Positions 19,194-27,849 of a stretch of 64,000 bases of DNA are shown here, piece by piece (the first letter of the stretch is position 1; each line of letters begins with the position of its first letter). Source of the stretch: an uncultured Bacillota bacterium (GTDB taxonomy: Bacteria; Bacillota; Clostridia; Christensenellales; UBA1242); the NCBI GenBank assembly GCA_949292985.1, contig CASFBF010000010.1, forward strand, positions 13,485-77,484, read 5' to 3'. The notes under the pieces are model-generated. The model had not been told where the DNA came from. It saw nothing but the letters and a program-made list of their open reading frames with translations, and searched no databases. The translations under genes were made by a program, and so were the position numbers.

Positions 19194-19230
19194 GGATAAA
19201 CACAAAACAAAATAAATAAAAGGAGGAATC

Positions 19231-19746
19231 ATGAGTGCTAATTTTGAAGCAAAAAAGCAGATAGTTGAAGAAATTAAAGATAAACTTCAAAAAGCAAAAT
19301 CTGTAACTTTTGTAGACTATCGTGGCCTTACTGTTGAAGAAGACACAAAAATGCGTAAAGAATTTAAACAAAATGGCGCAGAATACAAAGTCTATAAAAA
19401 CAGATTGATGCTCCTTGCACTTAACGAACTCGGAATCAAAGGTGCCGAAAAATACCTTGAAGGCACAAGTGCCGTTGCCTTTGGTTATGATGACGAAGTT
19501 GCACAAGCAAAAATTGTATGCGACTACGCTGAAAAAACCAAAAAACTTAGTATAAAATTTGGCCTACTTAATGGACAGTGCGTTGAAAGCAAGGAAATTG
19601 AAGCTCTTGCAAAACTTCCAAGCAAAGATGTTTTGGTTGCAAAACTGCTTGGCACGTTACTTGGCCCTATCTCTGGGCTTGCTAGAGTTCTTAACGCCCC
19701 TACACAAGGGCTTGCAATCGCTCTTAATGCGATTGCCACAAAATAA
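19231..19746 (+). CDS. rplJ: 50S ribosomal protein L10
   Basis: 171 aa with AGGAGG SD and a typical L10 sequence (…VTFVDYRGLTVEE…EFKQNGAEYKVYKN…). Confidence 0.95.
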   Translation: MSANFEAKKQIVEEIKDKLQKAKSVTFVDYRGLTVEEDTKMRKEFKQNGAEYKVYKNRLMLLALNELGIKGAEKYLEGTSAVAFGYDDEVAQAKIVCDYAEKTKKLSIKFGLLNGQCVESKEIEALAKLPSKDVLVAKLLGTLLGPISGLARVLNAPTQGLAIALNAIATK

Positions 19747-19765
19747 AAATTAGGAGGAAAATAAA

Positions 19766-20143
19766 ATGGCAGACATTAAAAATCTTGTTGAAGAAATTAA
19801 AAAACTCACAATCGTTGAAGTAAGTGACCTTGTAAAGGCACTTGAAGAAGAATTTGGCGTAAGCGCTGCTGCACCTGTTGCAGTTGCTGCTGCTCCTGTT
19901 GCTGGTTCTCCTGCTGCAGCAGCAGAAGAAAAAACAGAATTTAACGTTGTTTTGAAAGAAATTGGAGCAAACAAAATCGCTGTTATCAAAGTTGTTAGAG
20001 AAATCACAGGTCTTGGACTTAGCGAAGCAAAAGCACTTGTAGACGGCGCTCCAAGCACAATTAAAGAAAATGTTCCAACGGCTGAAGCAAAAGACTTTGA
20101 GGCAAAACTCAAAGAGGCTGGCGCAACTGTTGAACTTAAATAA
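19766..20143 (+). CDS. rplL: 50S ribosomal protein L7/L12
   Basis: 125 aa with an Ala-rich hinge and the conserved C-terminal domain (…[27 protein letters not shown]…). Confidence 0.95.
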   Translation: MADIKNLVEEIKKLTIVEVSDLVKALEEEFGVSAAAPVAVAAAPVAGSPAAAAEEKTEFNVVLKEIGANKIAVIKVVREITGLGLSEAKALVDGAPSTIKENVPTAEAKDFEAKLKEAGATVELK

Positions 20144-20172
20144 ATTAGGCTAAATAAATTTTGTTTTGTGTT

Positions 20173-20203
20173 AAAAAACTCGCTATGTTTGCGAGTTTTT
20201 TTT
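20173..20203 (+). terminator. Rho-independent terminator after rplL
   Basis: AACTCGC-TATGTTT-GCGAGTT followed by a T-run. Confidence 0.75.
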
Positions 20204-20213
20204 AATACATAAT

Positions 20214-20240
20214 GAAAAAACCACTCAAAATTTGAGCGGT
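20214..20240 (-). terminator. Rho-independent terminator after the coiled-coil gene
   Basis: Minus-strand CCGCTCAA/TTGAGTGG hairpin (one G·U pair) followed by T7. Confidence 0.55.
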
Positions 20241-20250
20241 TTTATTTTAA

Positions 20251-21408
20251 TTATTGATTAGATTGTTCTCCATTTTCACCCTGTGATTCTTCATCAGTGA
20301 TTACTACTGGACTTCCCTCTTCAAGAATTTTTAAGTTAGCCTGAATTGAAGCAATATCTTTTCTGATTTCTTCATTTTGGTTTTTAAGAATGAAGTACAT
20401 TTTTTCAAGAACTGGGAATCTGTCTTTATTTTTCTCCATAACTTCTTGTCCATGTTGAACAGAAAGTTTCAAGCCATCGTACAAATCAAGATCCTCAGCA
20501 AGTTTCTTTGCTTTTTCTTCATCAAGGTCTTCATAGTTGTTTACACCATAAAGCACAAGTTTTTGTTTAGCAACGATTGCTTCTTTTCTGTTAAGTTTCT
20601 TTTCATCTCTTGCAAGAGTTTTGTTGATTCTAGCAAGTGGAAGATATTCTTTTTTGCAGGCTTTAAGTTCTTTCTCGTTGTTTTTAAGTCTTGCTTCAAG
20701 TTCAACAAGTTGAGCCTCATATTCTTCCTTAGTGAAAGCAGGTTGAGAAACAACAACTGGTTCAGCGTCTTCTTGTTTTGCTTCTTCAATTTGTTTAGAA
20801 AGTTCTTCATATCTTGCTCTTTCTTCTGCAAGTGCCTTTCTTGCTTCTTCAAGTTCTGCCTTGATTTGAGCGTTTTCATCAATTTTTTCTTCTTCGATTT
20901 CAACAGTTTCTTCTTCGGCTGGAACTTCTTCTTCCTCTTCAACTGTTTCTTCTTCTTCAACTTCTTCGTCAAGTTGTTCCTGCATACGCTTCAAAATTTC
21001 TTCTTTTCTCTTTTCAAGCGCAGCCCTAGCCTCAGCGATGCGTTTTTCTTCATCATCTTCTTCGCTTTCTTTTTCAGCAGGCTCAACTTCAACAGTTTCA
21101 ACTTTGTATGCTTCAATCTTAGGTTGAGGTTTGAATTCTTCTGCTTCTGCATCGGTGGCAGCAATTTCAGCAAGAAGTTCGTTTACCTCTGGATTATTTT
21201 CTTTGATTTCAGCAACATCTTCGGCAGGAAGTTTGCTAATTTTCTGCTCATATTTCTTTGCAGAATCCTTTTTCTTATTTTTAATTCTTTCAGCCTCGCC
21301 TTTTGGATCAATAATTGACATCAACAAATCGCCCAAGAAGAAAATTAAAAATCCTCCTGCAATAATGATACCAAGAATGATAACAACTGTAAGAACAATC
21401 TCTCCCAT
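20251..21408 (-). CDS. Hypothetical membrane-anchored E/K-rich coiled-coil protein
   Basis: ATG 21408 is preceded by GAGGT. The N-terminal TM is IVLTVVIILGIIIAGGFLIFFLG, followed by about 350 aa of E/K/A-rich helical sequence. The track's extension to 21498 runs into the tmRNA gene. Confidence 0.6.
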   Translation of the reverse strand: MGEIVLTVVIILGIIIAGGFLIFFLGDLLMSIIDPKGEAERIKNKKKDSAKKYEQKISKLPAEDVAEIKENNPEVNELLAEIAATDAEAEEFKPQPKIEAYKVETVEVEPAEKESEEDDEEKRIAEARAALEKRKEEILKRMQEQLDEEVEEEETVEEEEEVPAEEETVEIEEEKIDENAQIKAELEEARKALAEERARYEELSKQIEEAKQEDAEPVVVSQPAFTKEEYEAQLVELEARLKNNEKELKACKKEYLPLARINKTLARDEKKLNRKEAIVAKQKLVLYGVNNYEDLDEEKAKKLAEDLDLYDGLKLSVQHGQEVMEKNKDRFPVLEKMYFILKNQNEEIRKDIASIQANLKILEEGSPVVITDEESQGENGEQSNQ

Positions 21409-21470
21409 AATTTTTACCTCTTTTTTTGTAATTTTTATGTTTTTCAAGCATTTGCTTGGAAACACCATTG

Positions 21471-21821
21471 TGGTGGAGACGGTGGGAATTGAACCCACGT
21501 CCGAAACACGTTTGAAAAGTTTTTCTCCGTGTGCAGTTTGTGTTTAATCTTGAAAATTTAATTCCACAAACAAACTTAAATTTTCCAGCCTTTTCATTTG
21601 TTCACTTTAAGCAAAAGGCGTTCTTAAAGTGAGGTTCCACTCTTGTTTGACACCCTAGTTATTTCGAGTGGCTTAAACAACCTGGGCGCTGTTAGGCAGC
21701 AGCCTGAACAGTTTTGTAGTTATTATTTGCGTTTATTTTTTTGACAAGTTTTATGGTTTCATGTCATCAACCACACGCTTTATACTTTCCTTACCTGCCC
21801 CGTCGAAGCCTTATCGCCCCC
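21471..21821 (-). ncRNA. ssrA: tmRNA (SsrA)
   Basis: The minus strand reads 5' GGGGGCGATAAGGCTTCGACGGGGCAGG… and 3' …GTGGGTTCAATTCCCACCGTCTCCACCA. The acceptor stem has G3·U70. The tag reading frame GCAAATAATAACTACAAAACTGTTCAGGCTGCTGCCTAA encodes ANNNYKTVQAAA. Confidence 0.9.
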
Positions 21822-22272
21822 CAGTTTTAGTAAAACGGTCAACCTCGCGCTTTACTGCTCTCTCTTTCATAGTTTCGCGTTTGTCGTAAAGTTTTTTACC
21901 TTTTGCAAGTCCAATTTCAACTTTAACTTTACCCTTAGAGAGATAAACTTTGGTAGCCATAATTGAAAAACCTTTTTCTTTAACAGCACGTTCAAGTTTT
22001 TCAATTTCTTTTGAATGAAGCAGCAGTTTGCGATCTCGCCTTTCATCTGGTTTAAACAATGAAGCGTTCTCATATGACTTAATATAAGCATTTTTTAAGA
22101 AAATTTCACCATTTTTGATTAAAACGTAACTTTCATTTAAACTTATGCCATTAAGTCTAATTGATTTAACCTCACTGCCCACCAGAACAATGCCTGCTTC
22201 GGTTAGGTCGGAAATGAAATAATTATGAAACGCTTTCTTGTTTGACGCTATCACCTTTATTTCGTTATTCAT
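21811..22272 (-). CDS. smpB: SsrA-binding protein SmpB
   Basis: 153 aa with a typical SmpB sequence (…NKKAFHNYFI…GSEVKSIR…LLLHSKEI…). It lies directly upstream of ssrA. Confidence 0.95.
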   Translation of the reverse strand: MNNEIKVIASNKKAFHNYFISDLTEAGIVLVGSEVKSIRLNGISLNESYVLIKNGEIFLKNAYIKSYENASLFKPDERRDRKLLLHSKEIEKLERAVKEKGFSIMATKVYLSKGKVKVEIGLAKGKKLYDKRETMKERAVKREVDRFTKTGGR

Positions 22273-22349
22273 TATATCACCTTTTTTTAACTATTTCAAT
22301 ACCCTTTTTGATTTTTTTTCAATTTTTTGTGCATTTTGTAACAAAAATG

Positions 22350-24431
22350 TTAATTTGCAGGCACAAAATCGACTTTTCTTGTAAATATATTTGAAGAAAT
22401 CAATTTGACTTTAAGTTTGTCACCAATCTTATAAGAATGTTTTTGACCTTTAAGTTCCATTGCGCGTTCGAAATACAGATAGCCGTCGGTAGGCAAATTT
22501 TCTATTCTAATCAAACCTTCAACCGAATTTTCTAAACCAACGAAAATGCCATAGTTGGCAACACTTACAACAGTTGCATCAAAAACTTCACCGACATGGT
22601 CTTTCATAAGATATGCACGCCAAAGGTCATCAACATCTCGCTCAGCCTTTTCACTATTTCGTTCAGTAATTGAACTTTGCTCAGCACTTTCCATAGTAAA
22701 TTCTTCAAGTTCTTCCAACTTTTCAGGAGTAAGAGCATTGTGCAAATCTTCTTTAATAATTCTGTGAATTGTAAGGTCTGGATATCTTCTTATAGGCGAA
22801 GTAAAATGGCAATAATTTTGCAAAGCAAGCCCAAAATGCCCTAAATTTTGGTTTTTATATATCGCTTTTTGCAAACTTCTTAAAATAATTTTATTCGCTG
22901 CTTCTTGATAAGGTTTATCTTTAATCAAATCAAGAAGGTCTTGAACAAAAGATGGAGTTATATTTTTAGGTTGTTTAGGGCAAGCAATTCCAAGCCCGTT
23001 TAAGAACTCGAGCACCCCTTTAATTTTTTCAGCCGTAGGCTTTTCGTGAATTCTGTAAACAAAAGGAATTTGTTTAAGTGAATAATGCTTTGCAACGGTT
23101 TCATTTGCAAGCAACATAAATTCTTCTATTAACCTGTGTGCATCATTTCGCTCACGCTTTTCAACGCCAACCACATAACCTTTGTCGTCAAAAACAAACT
23201 GAGGTTCGGCAATATCTAAATCCAGCGCACCGCGTTTTTCTCGGTTTTGTTGCAAAATTTTTGCAAGTTTCGCCATGAGCAGTATTTCATTTTTAAATTT
23301 TCCTGCTTTTGCGTCGTCATTTCCCTGCATAACAGCATAAACCTGAGTGTATGTCAATCTTGCATGACTTTTAATCACGCTTTCTTTAATTTGGTAATCA
23401 AAAACTTTACCAAATTTATCTACTTTCATAATGCAAGAAAGAGTAAGCCTTTCCACACCTTCATTGAGAGAACATATTCCATTAGAAATATCAACAGGCA
23501 ACATAGGCAACACTGATGTTGGGAAATATGTGCTCGTCCCACGCTCAAAAGCAACCTCGTCAAGCGCATTACCTTTTTTAACGAACTCTCCCACATCGGC
23601 AATATGCACCCCTAGTTCAAACCCTTCGTCATCAAGCGGTGCAATAGAAACGGCATCATCAAAATCTTTGGCATCTTCGCCGTCAATAGTGAATGTAACA
23701 ATTTTTGTCAAATCCAGTCTGCCCTCTTTTTGTTTAGCAGTAACTGGTTTGTTCAGTTTTTTTGCAAGCGCCTCCGCCTGTTCAGGAAATTGTTCGTATA
23801 AATTATGTTCTCTAATTATTGCAAGTTCCAAAGATTTAACATCGTCAGCATCTCCAAGAATTTCAACAACTTCACCAGAAAATTTACCACTTGGTCGCCT
23901 TACAAGCCTTACAACAACCCTTTGATTTAACAGCGGGCATTTGTTTGTTTTTAAAATTGAAATTTTAAATGGTATTCTTGAATTATCTGGCTCTAAAAAT
24001 AAATTTTTGCTTAATTTTATAATTTTTCCTGTCAAAGTTTTAACAGGCTTAACAATTTTTACAACTTCGCCATCGTTTCCACCGTCAGTTGAAAAAAGTT
24101 TTATAACAACTTCGTCGCCATCAACTGCTCCACCCGAAAGGTTAGCAGGAATAAAAACATCGTCAATTTTACCTTCAATTTCACAAAAACCAAAACCCTT
24201 GGCATTTCCAATGTATTTGCCTTTAACATAACCATGGGAAGGCAATACGATATATTTACCTTTTCTTATTTCAAAAAGTTCGCCATTGTCCAACAGTTTT
24301 TTGCATTCAGCCATAATTGTTTCAACTTTTTTTCCTAAGACATCTGATAAAAACAAAAAAAGATTGTCTGGTTTAGAAAAAACCAAACTATCTTTTGATA
24401 AAATTTCTTTAATTCTGTCTTTTAACATCAT
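22350..24431 (-). CDS. rnr: Ribonuclease R
   Basis: 693 aa with an RNB catalytic domain (…TIDGEDAKDFDDAVS…, …HFGLALQNYCHFTSPIRRYPDL…) and a C-terminal S1 domain. The secG-rnr-smpB-ssrA synteny is conserved. Confidence 0.9.
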   Translation of the reverse strand: MMLKDRIKEILSKDSLVFSKPDNLFLFLSDVLGKKVETIMAECKKLLDNGELFEIRKGKYIVLPSHGYVKGKYIGNAKGFGFCEIEGKIDDVFIPANLSGGAVDGDEVVIKLFSTDGGNDGEVVKIVKPVKTLTGKIIKLSKNLFLEPDNSRIPFKISILKTNKCPLLNQRVVVRLVRRPSGKFSGEVVEILGDADDVKSLELAIIREHNLYEQFPEQAEALAKKLNKPVTAKQKEGRLDLTKIVTFTIDGEDAKDFDDAVSIAPLDDEGFELGVHIADVGEFVKKGNALDEVAFERGTSTYFPTSVLPMLPVDISNGICSLNEGVERLTLSCIMKVDKFGKVFDYQIKESVIKSHARLTYTQVYAVMQGNDDAKAGKFKNEILLMAKLAKILQQNREKRGALDLDIAEPQFVFDDKGYVVGVEKRERNDAHRLIEEFMLLANETVAKHYSLKQIPFVYRIHEKPTAEKIKGVLEFLNGLGIACPKQPKNITPSFVQDLLDLIKDKPYQEAANKIILRSLQKAIYKNQNLGHFGLALQNYCHFTSPIRRYPDLTIHRIIKEDLHNALTPEKLEELEEFTMESAEQSSITERNSEKAERDVDDLWRAYLMKDHVGEVFDATVVSVANYGIFVGLENSVEGLIRIENLPTDGYLYFERAMELKGQKHSYKIGDKLKVKLISSNIFTRKVDFVPAN

Positions 24432-24739
24432 GCTGTTTTATTAAAGATTTCCGTGATGAAGTAAACAATAACGCTTACTAAAATAATTGAAGAACAAACA
24501 ATGGTAATAATTTTAAGTTTTCCATCACGAGTTGCACCCTTGTTTTTTGTGTAATAACTTTCCTGAATGCCTGTAATTGGGTCGCCACCCGAAGATGTGT
24601 TTGATTGCATCAAAACAGTTATGATGATTATAATTGAACATGCAATCACCAAAAAGAACAAAATATATCTTAAAATAGGCAAAAACGATGTAACCCAGTC
24701 GGCTTGAATTTCATCTGCTAATAATAAACTAAACTTCAT
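24428..24739 (-). CDS. secG: Preprotein translocase subunit SecG-like
   Basis: 103 aa with two TMs and the loop …VLMQSNTSSGGDPITG… typical of SecG. It occupies the conserved position upstream of rnr. Confidence 0.65.
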   Translation of the reverse strand: MKFSLLLADEIQADWVTSFLPILRYILFFLVIACSIIIIITVLMQSNTSSGGDPITGIQESYYTKNKGATRDGKLKIITIVCSSIILVSVIVYFITEIFNKTA

Positions 24740-24752
24740 GCAAAACTCCTTT

Positions 24753-24983
24753 TTAATGTTTGATACACAGATATATAATTATACCAATTATTATTGCCAA
24801 GAAAAGAAAGGAAAAAAATTTGAATTTGAATTTACTGCCCATAAACCCTTTAATTAGGTTTATAAAAAACATAAAAGCAATTGCCACAAGAATTATCATC
24901 ACCACTGCAAATGTGGCATCGCTCCAACCTCTAACCCAATTATTTAGGTCTGTAAACACATCGCCAAGTAGTGACAAAGCCAT
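24753..24983 (-). CDS. Hypothetical small membrane protein
   Basis: 76 aa with two predicted TM helices and GGAGG-like SD (GGAGGAAGG). No recognisable family. Confidence 0.4.
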   Translation of the reverse strand: MALSLLGDVFTDLNNWVRGWSDATFAVVMIILVAIAFMFFINLIKGFMGSKFKFKFFSFLFLAIIIGIIIYLCIKH

Positions 24984-25077
24984 TCCTTCCTCCGTAACAA
25001 GTTAAGTATATCATAAAGAAAAAAGTTTTTCAAGCATATTAAATGCAAATAAAGTCATTTTTACATGAAATTTAATT

Positions 25078-25100
25078 AAAAAAACCTTCAAAAGAAGGTT
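25078..25100 (-). terminator. Rho-independent terminator after the aldehyde dehydrogenase gene
   Basis: AACCTTC-AAAA-GAAGGTT followed by a T7 run on the minus strand. Confidence 0.65.
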
Positions 25101-25107
25101 TAATTTG

Positions 25108-26544
25108 TTATTTAAAAATATTTTTTAAGGTGATGGTTTTTGTTTTGGTAACTTGGTCAAAGGTGCTCATTGCTCCTTCTGTTCCTATTCCAGAGTTTTT
25201 ATATCCCCCGAAAGGCATTTCAAAACTTCTATGGAAACTTGCACCATTTATCACTGTTCCGCCACATTTTAATTCTTTGCAAACTTTAAATGCGGTCTTC
25301 ATGTCGGAAGTAAACACACAGCCACTAAGCCCGTAATTTGAAGAATTAGCAATCTCAATTGCTTCTTTCACATCATTACATGGAATAATGCTTACAACTG
25401 GTGCAAAAACTTCATCATCTTTTGCAACATCTGCGGTTTTAGGTATGTCAGTAATTACTGTTGGTTGCAATACTGCACCTTTATGCTCTCCGCCATATAT
25501 AATTTTTCCGCCCTGACTTACTATGTTTTGAATTTGCGCCACTGCTTTTTCACATGCAGATTTTGTAATCATTGCACCAATATCGGTCTTTTTGTTTAAA
25601 GGATTGCCAACAACAAGTTTGCTAATTCTTTCCACAACCTTTTTTTCAAACTGTTTTAAAACATCTTTTTGAACAATAAAGCGTTTTGAAGCACAGCAAA
25701 CCTGACCTGTATTATACATTCTGCCCCAAACAACTTCCTCAACTGCCAAATCAATATCGGCATCTTTAAGCACAATAAAGGCATCATTCCCGCCAAGTTC
25801 CAACGCAACATGTGCCAAATGTGACGCGCCATTAAGATATGTGGTTTTACCAACTTTTGTAGAGCCTGTGAATGTTATGCCGTGAACATCTGGATGTTTT
25901 GCAAGCGGGTCGCCAGTTTTCAACCCTTCGCCTGTTAAAATTTGAACAACGCCTGCTGGCAAGCCAGCCTCATGCAAAAGTTTTACAAGTTTTATAAGAG
26001 TAAGTGGATTTTGGTGTGGCGGTTTAACAATAACAGTGTTGCCTGCTAAAATTGCAGGCGCAACTTTTTGGTCAAACAAGTCGCATGGGAAATTGAAAGG
26101 TATAATTGCAACTATAACACCAAGTGGCTCTCTCACAGTAAATTGCAAAGTATTTTCTTGACCAGCCTCTGTGCCTGATGGAATAACATTTCCATACAAA
26201 TGTTTTGCTTTTTCCATAAATGCCTCAAAGCCGATTTTAATATTGCCAATTTCTGCATATGCTTGCGTTATAGGCTTGCCTGTTTCTTGGCACAATGTTT
26301 TTGCAAGGTCGTCCTTGTTTTCATCAACAAGATTTAAAAACTTCCTTAATAAATCAACTTTTTCATGAACCGAAACTTGCGCCCATTTTTCTTGCGCTTT
26401 TTTGGCATAAGCCACCGCTTTATTTACATCTTTTTTGGTTGAGTTTGGAACTGTGTCAATCACCCTTCCAGTATACGGATTAACAATTTTTAAAACACTT
26501 TTATCGCTTGCATCAACACTTTTACCATTTATGATATTTTGCAT
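25108..26544 (-). CDS. NAD(P)-dependent aldehyde dehydrogenase
   Basis: 478 aa with the ALDH motifs VALELGGNDAF (catalytic Glu), GQVCCASKRF (catalytic Cys) and FTGSTKVG. Confidence 0.85.
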   Translation of the reverse strand: MQNIINGKSVDASDKSVLKIVNPYTGRVIDTVPNSTKKDVNKAVAYAKKAQEKWAQVSVHEKVDLLRKFLNLVDENKDDLAKTLCQETGKPITQAYAEIGNIKIGFEAFMEKAKHLYGNVIPSGTEAGQENTLQFTVREPLGVIVAIIPFNFPCDLFDQKVAPAILAGNTVIVKPPHQNPLTLIKLVKLLHEAGLPAGVVQILTGEGLKTGDPLAKHPDVHGITFTGSTKVGKTTYLNGASHLAHVALELGGNDAFIVLKDADIDLAVEEVVWGRMYNTGQVCCASKRFIVQKDVLKQFEKKVVERISKLVVGNPLNKKTDIGAMITKSACEKAVAQIQNIVSQGGKIIYGGEHKGAVLQPTVITDIPKTADVAKDDEVFAPVVSIIPCNDVKEAIEIANSSNYGLSGCVFTSDMKTAFKVCKELKCGGTVINGASFHRSFEMPFGGYKNSGIGTEGAMSTFDQVTKTKTITLKNIFK

Positions 26545-26554
26545 GTTCGCCCTC

Positions 26555-27724
26555 CTACTTAGTTATTGCCGTGAATGAAAGCATCAATCCACCGGTTGTG
26601 TTTCTGCCGTCATCAACATAACCATATTCACCAAAAGTAAATTCCATAATGAAAGGAGCGCCGTTAGTGTTTTCAATAATTTGTTTATAAACTTCACCAA
26701 TCCTGTCGCCAATACCAGCCCTTCTCCCACCACAATGAACAAGATGATAACAAATGGCAGGTTTGTTTAGTTTTTCATTTAGTTTTTTAAGTGTTTCACC
26801 AACGGAACTTATCAGTTCGTCTTGGCTTGCTTCCATTCTTATAACAACAGTTTTCTCTGCAAGATTTGCACCAATATTCATAGAATAGTCATCGTTTGCA
26901 AACATTGGGTGGCGAATAGCAATCAAATCGCCAAGCCTGTCCTTTATTCCAAGCGGACTGGTTATTGTCGCAGACAATAACTTGTCGCCCATAAGTTCGC
27001 CTGTTTTCATTCCACGCCATTTAGCATATTTTTTAACCGCAGGCACACCATCAATACTTACAAGAGTTCTTGCGCCTTTGACTTTTGTAATAATTCCCAT
27101 ATCTTCTGTTTCACGATAAGCGCCAGTGAATTCATTTGCAAAACCATTGTTCATATAGATAAGCGCAACTGCCACTCCTTCGCCCGTAGACTTACCGTCC
27201 AAATATAAACTCCAATTTCCAGAAATGGTATTATCGGCTGCTGAGCCACCAAAAAGCGGAACTCTGCCAATAACTTTGTTTGCACCTTTTAAGAAAAACT
27301 CTTCTTCTGTTGGGCTTGCAGTCATATACATTACATCAGGTTGCAAAGCATATGGCATTTTTGTCATCGCTCTTGCATGTTTTGTTGCCGCCTCACCAGC
27401 ATCTCTTGCGGTTGGATATGCTTTTCTGTCTGCAAAGCCAACACCAACAACCATATTTGGGTCAGCAAGCACCATAATTCCCACAAATGATTTATCTCCC
27501 CCTATGTAGCCATCTGGCATAATCACGCCAGTAAAACTAGTGTTCCCAATTACTGGGCAATCGAAAATTTCCTTTATTCCTTTAATAACATCTTTAATTT
27601 TATAGTCACAACTCATGTATGCAAAAACAAGTTTTGCATTTTTATTTTTGCCCGCCATCTTAGCGGCTTCAAGCCCGGCTTTGTAAGCATTAGTGTTAGA
27701 ACTGTATCCTGTTAACGCTTTCAT
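26555..27724 (-). CDS. Stand-alone FIST-domain (FIST_N + FIST_C-like) protein
   Basis: 389 aa. Its size and sequence pattern are consistent with the FIST N/C sensory fold. The stop lies 10 nt before the ALDH start. Confidence 0.6.
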   Translation of the reverse strand: MKALTGYSSNTNAYKAGLEAAKMAGKNKNAKLVFAYMSCDYKIKDVIKGIKEIFDCPVIGNTSFTGVIMPDGYIGGDKSFVGIMVLADPNMVVGVGFADRKAYPTARDAGEAATKHARAMTKMPYALQPDVMYMTASPTEEEFFLKGANKVIGRVPLFGGSAADNTISGNWSLYLDGKSTGEGVAVALIYMNNGFANEFTGAYRETEDMGIITKVKGARTLVSIDGVPAVKKYAKWRGMKTGELMGDKLLSATITSPLGIKDRLGDLIAIRHPMFANDDYSMNIGANLAEKTVVIRMEASQDELISSVGETLKKLNEKLNKPAICYHLVHCGGRRAGIGDRIGEVYKQIIENTNGAPFIMEFTFGEYGYVDDGRNTTGGLMLSFTAITK

Positions 27725-27806
27725 AACCCCTCCTTTTCAAGACATCAACTTGACATTATTATTATAAAATTTTTGTTACATTTTGTCATGCGAATTTAAT
27801 CATTTT

Positions 27807-27838
27807 TAAAAAAAGCAAACTTGATAGTTTGCTTTTTT
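27807..27838 (-). terminator. Bidirectional rho-independent terminator
   Basis: A-run, AGCAAACT-TGAT-AGTTTGCT, T-run, just downstream of the lipoprotein gene stop. Confidence 0.7.
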
Positions 27839-27849
27839 AAATAAATTCA

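Noticed and set aside
19009-20112. Minus-strand ORFs 19009..19506 (165 aa), 19524..19739 and 19750..20112 (120 aa)
   Set aside because: They lie antisense to the rplJ leader, rplJ and rplL, which are unambiguous ribosomal protein genes. Their products are low-complexity.
20377-21318. 313-aa plus-strand ORF
   Set aside because: It is the antisense mirror of the E/K-rich coiled-coil gene, with an F/L/K-rich low-complexity product. It has no SD, and the minus-strand gene has an SD, a TM anchor and a terminator.
21409-21498. N-terminal 30 codons of track ORF 20251..21498
   Set aside because: This extension runs into the 3' end of the tmRNA gene (21471..). An internal ATG at 21408 with GAGGT SD starts exactly at the TM anchor.
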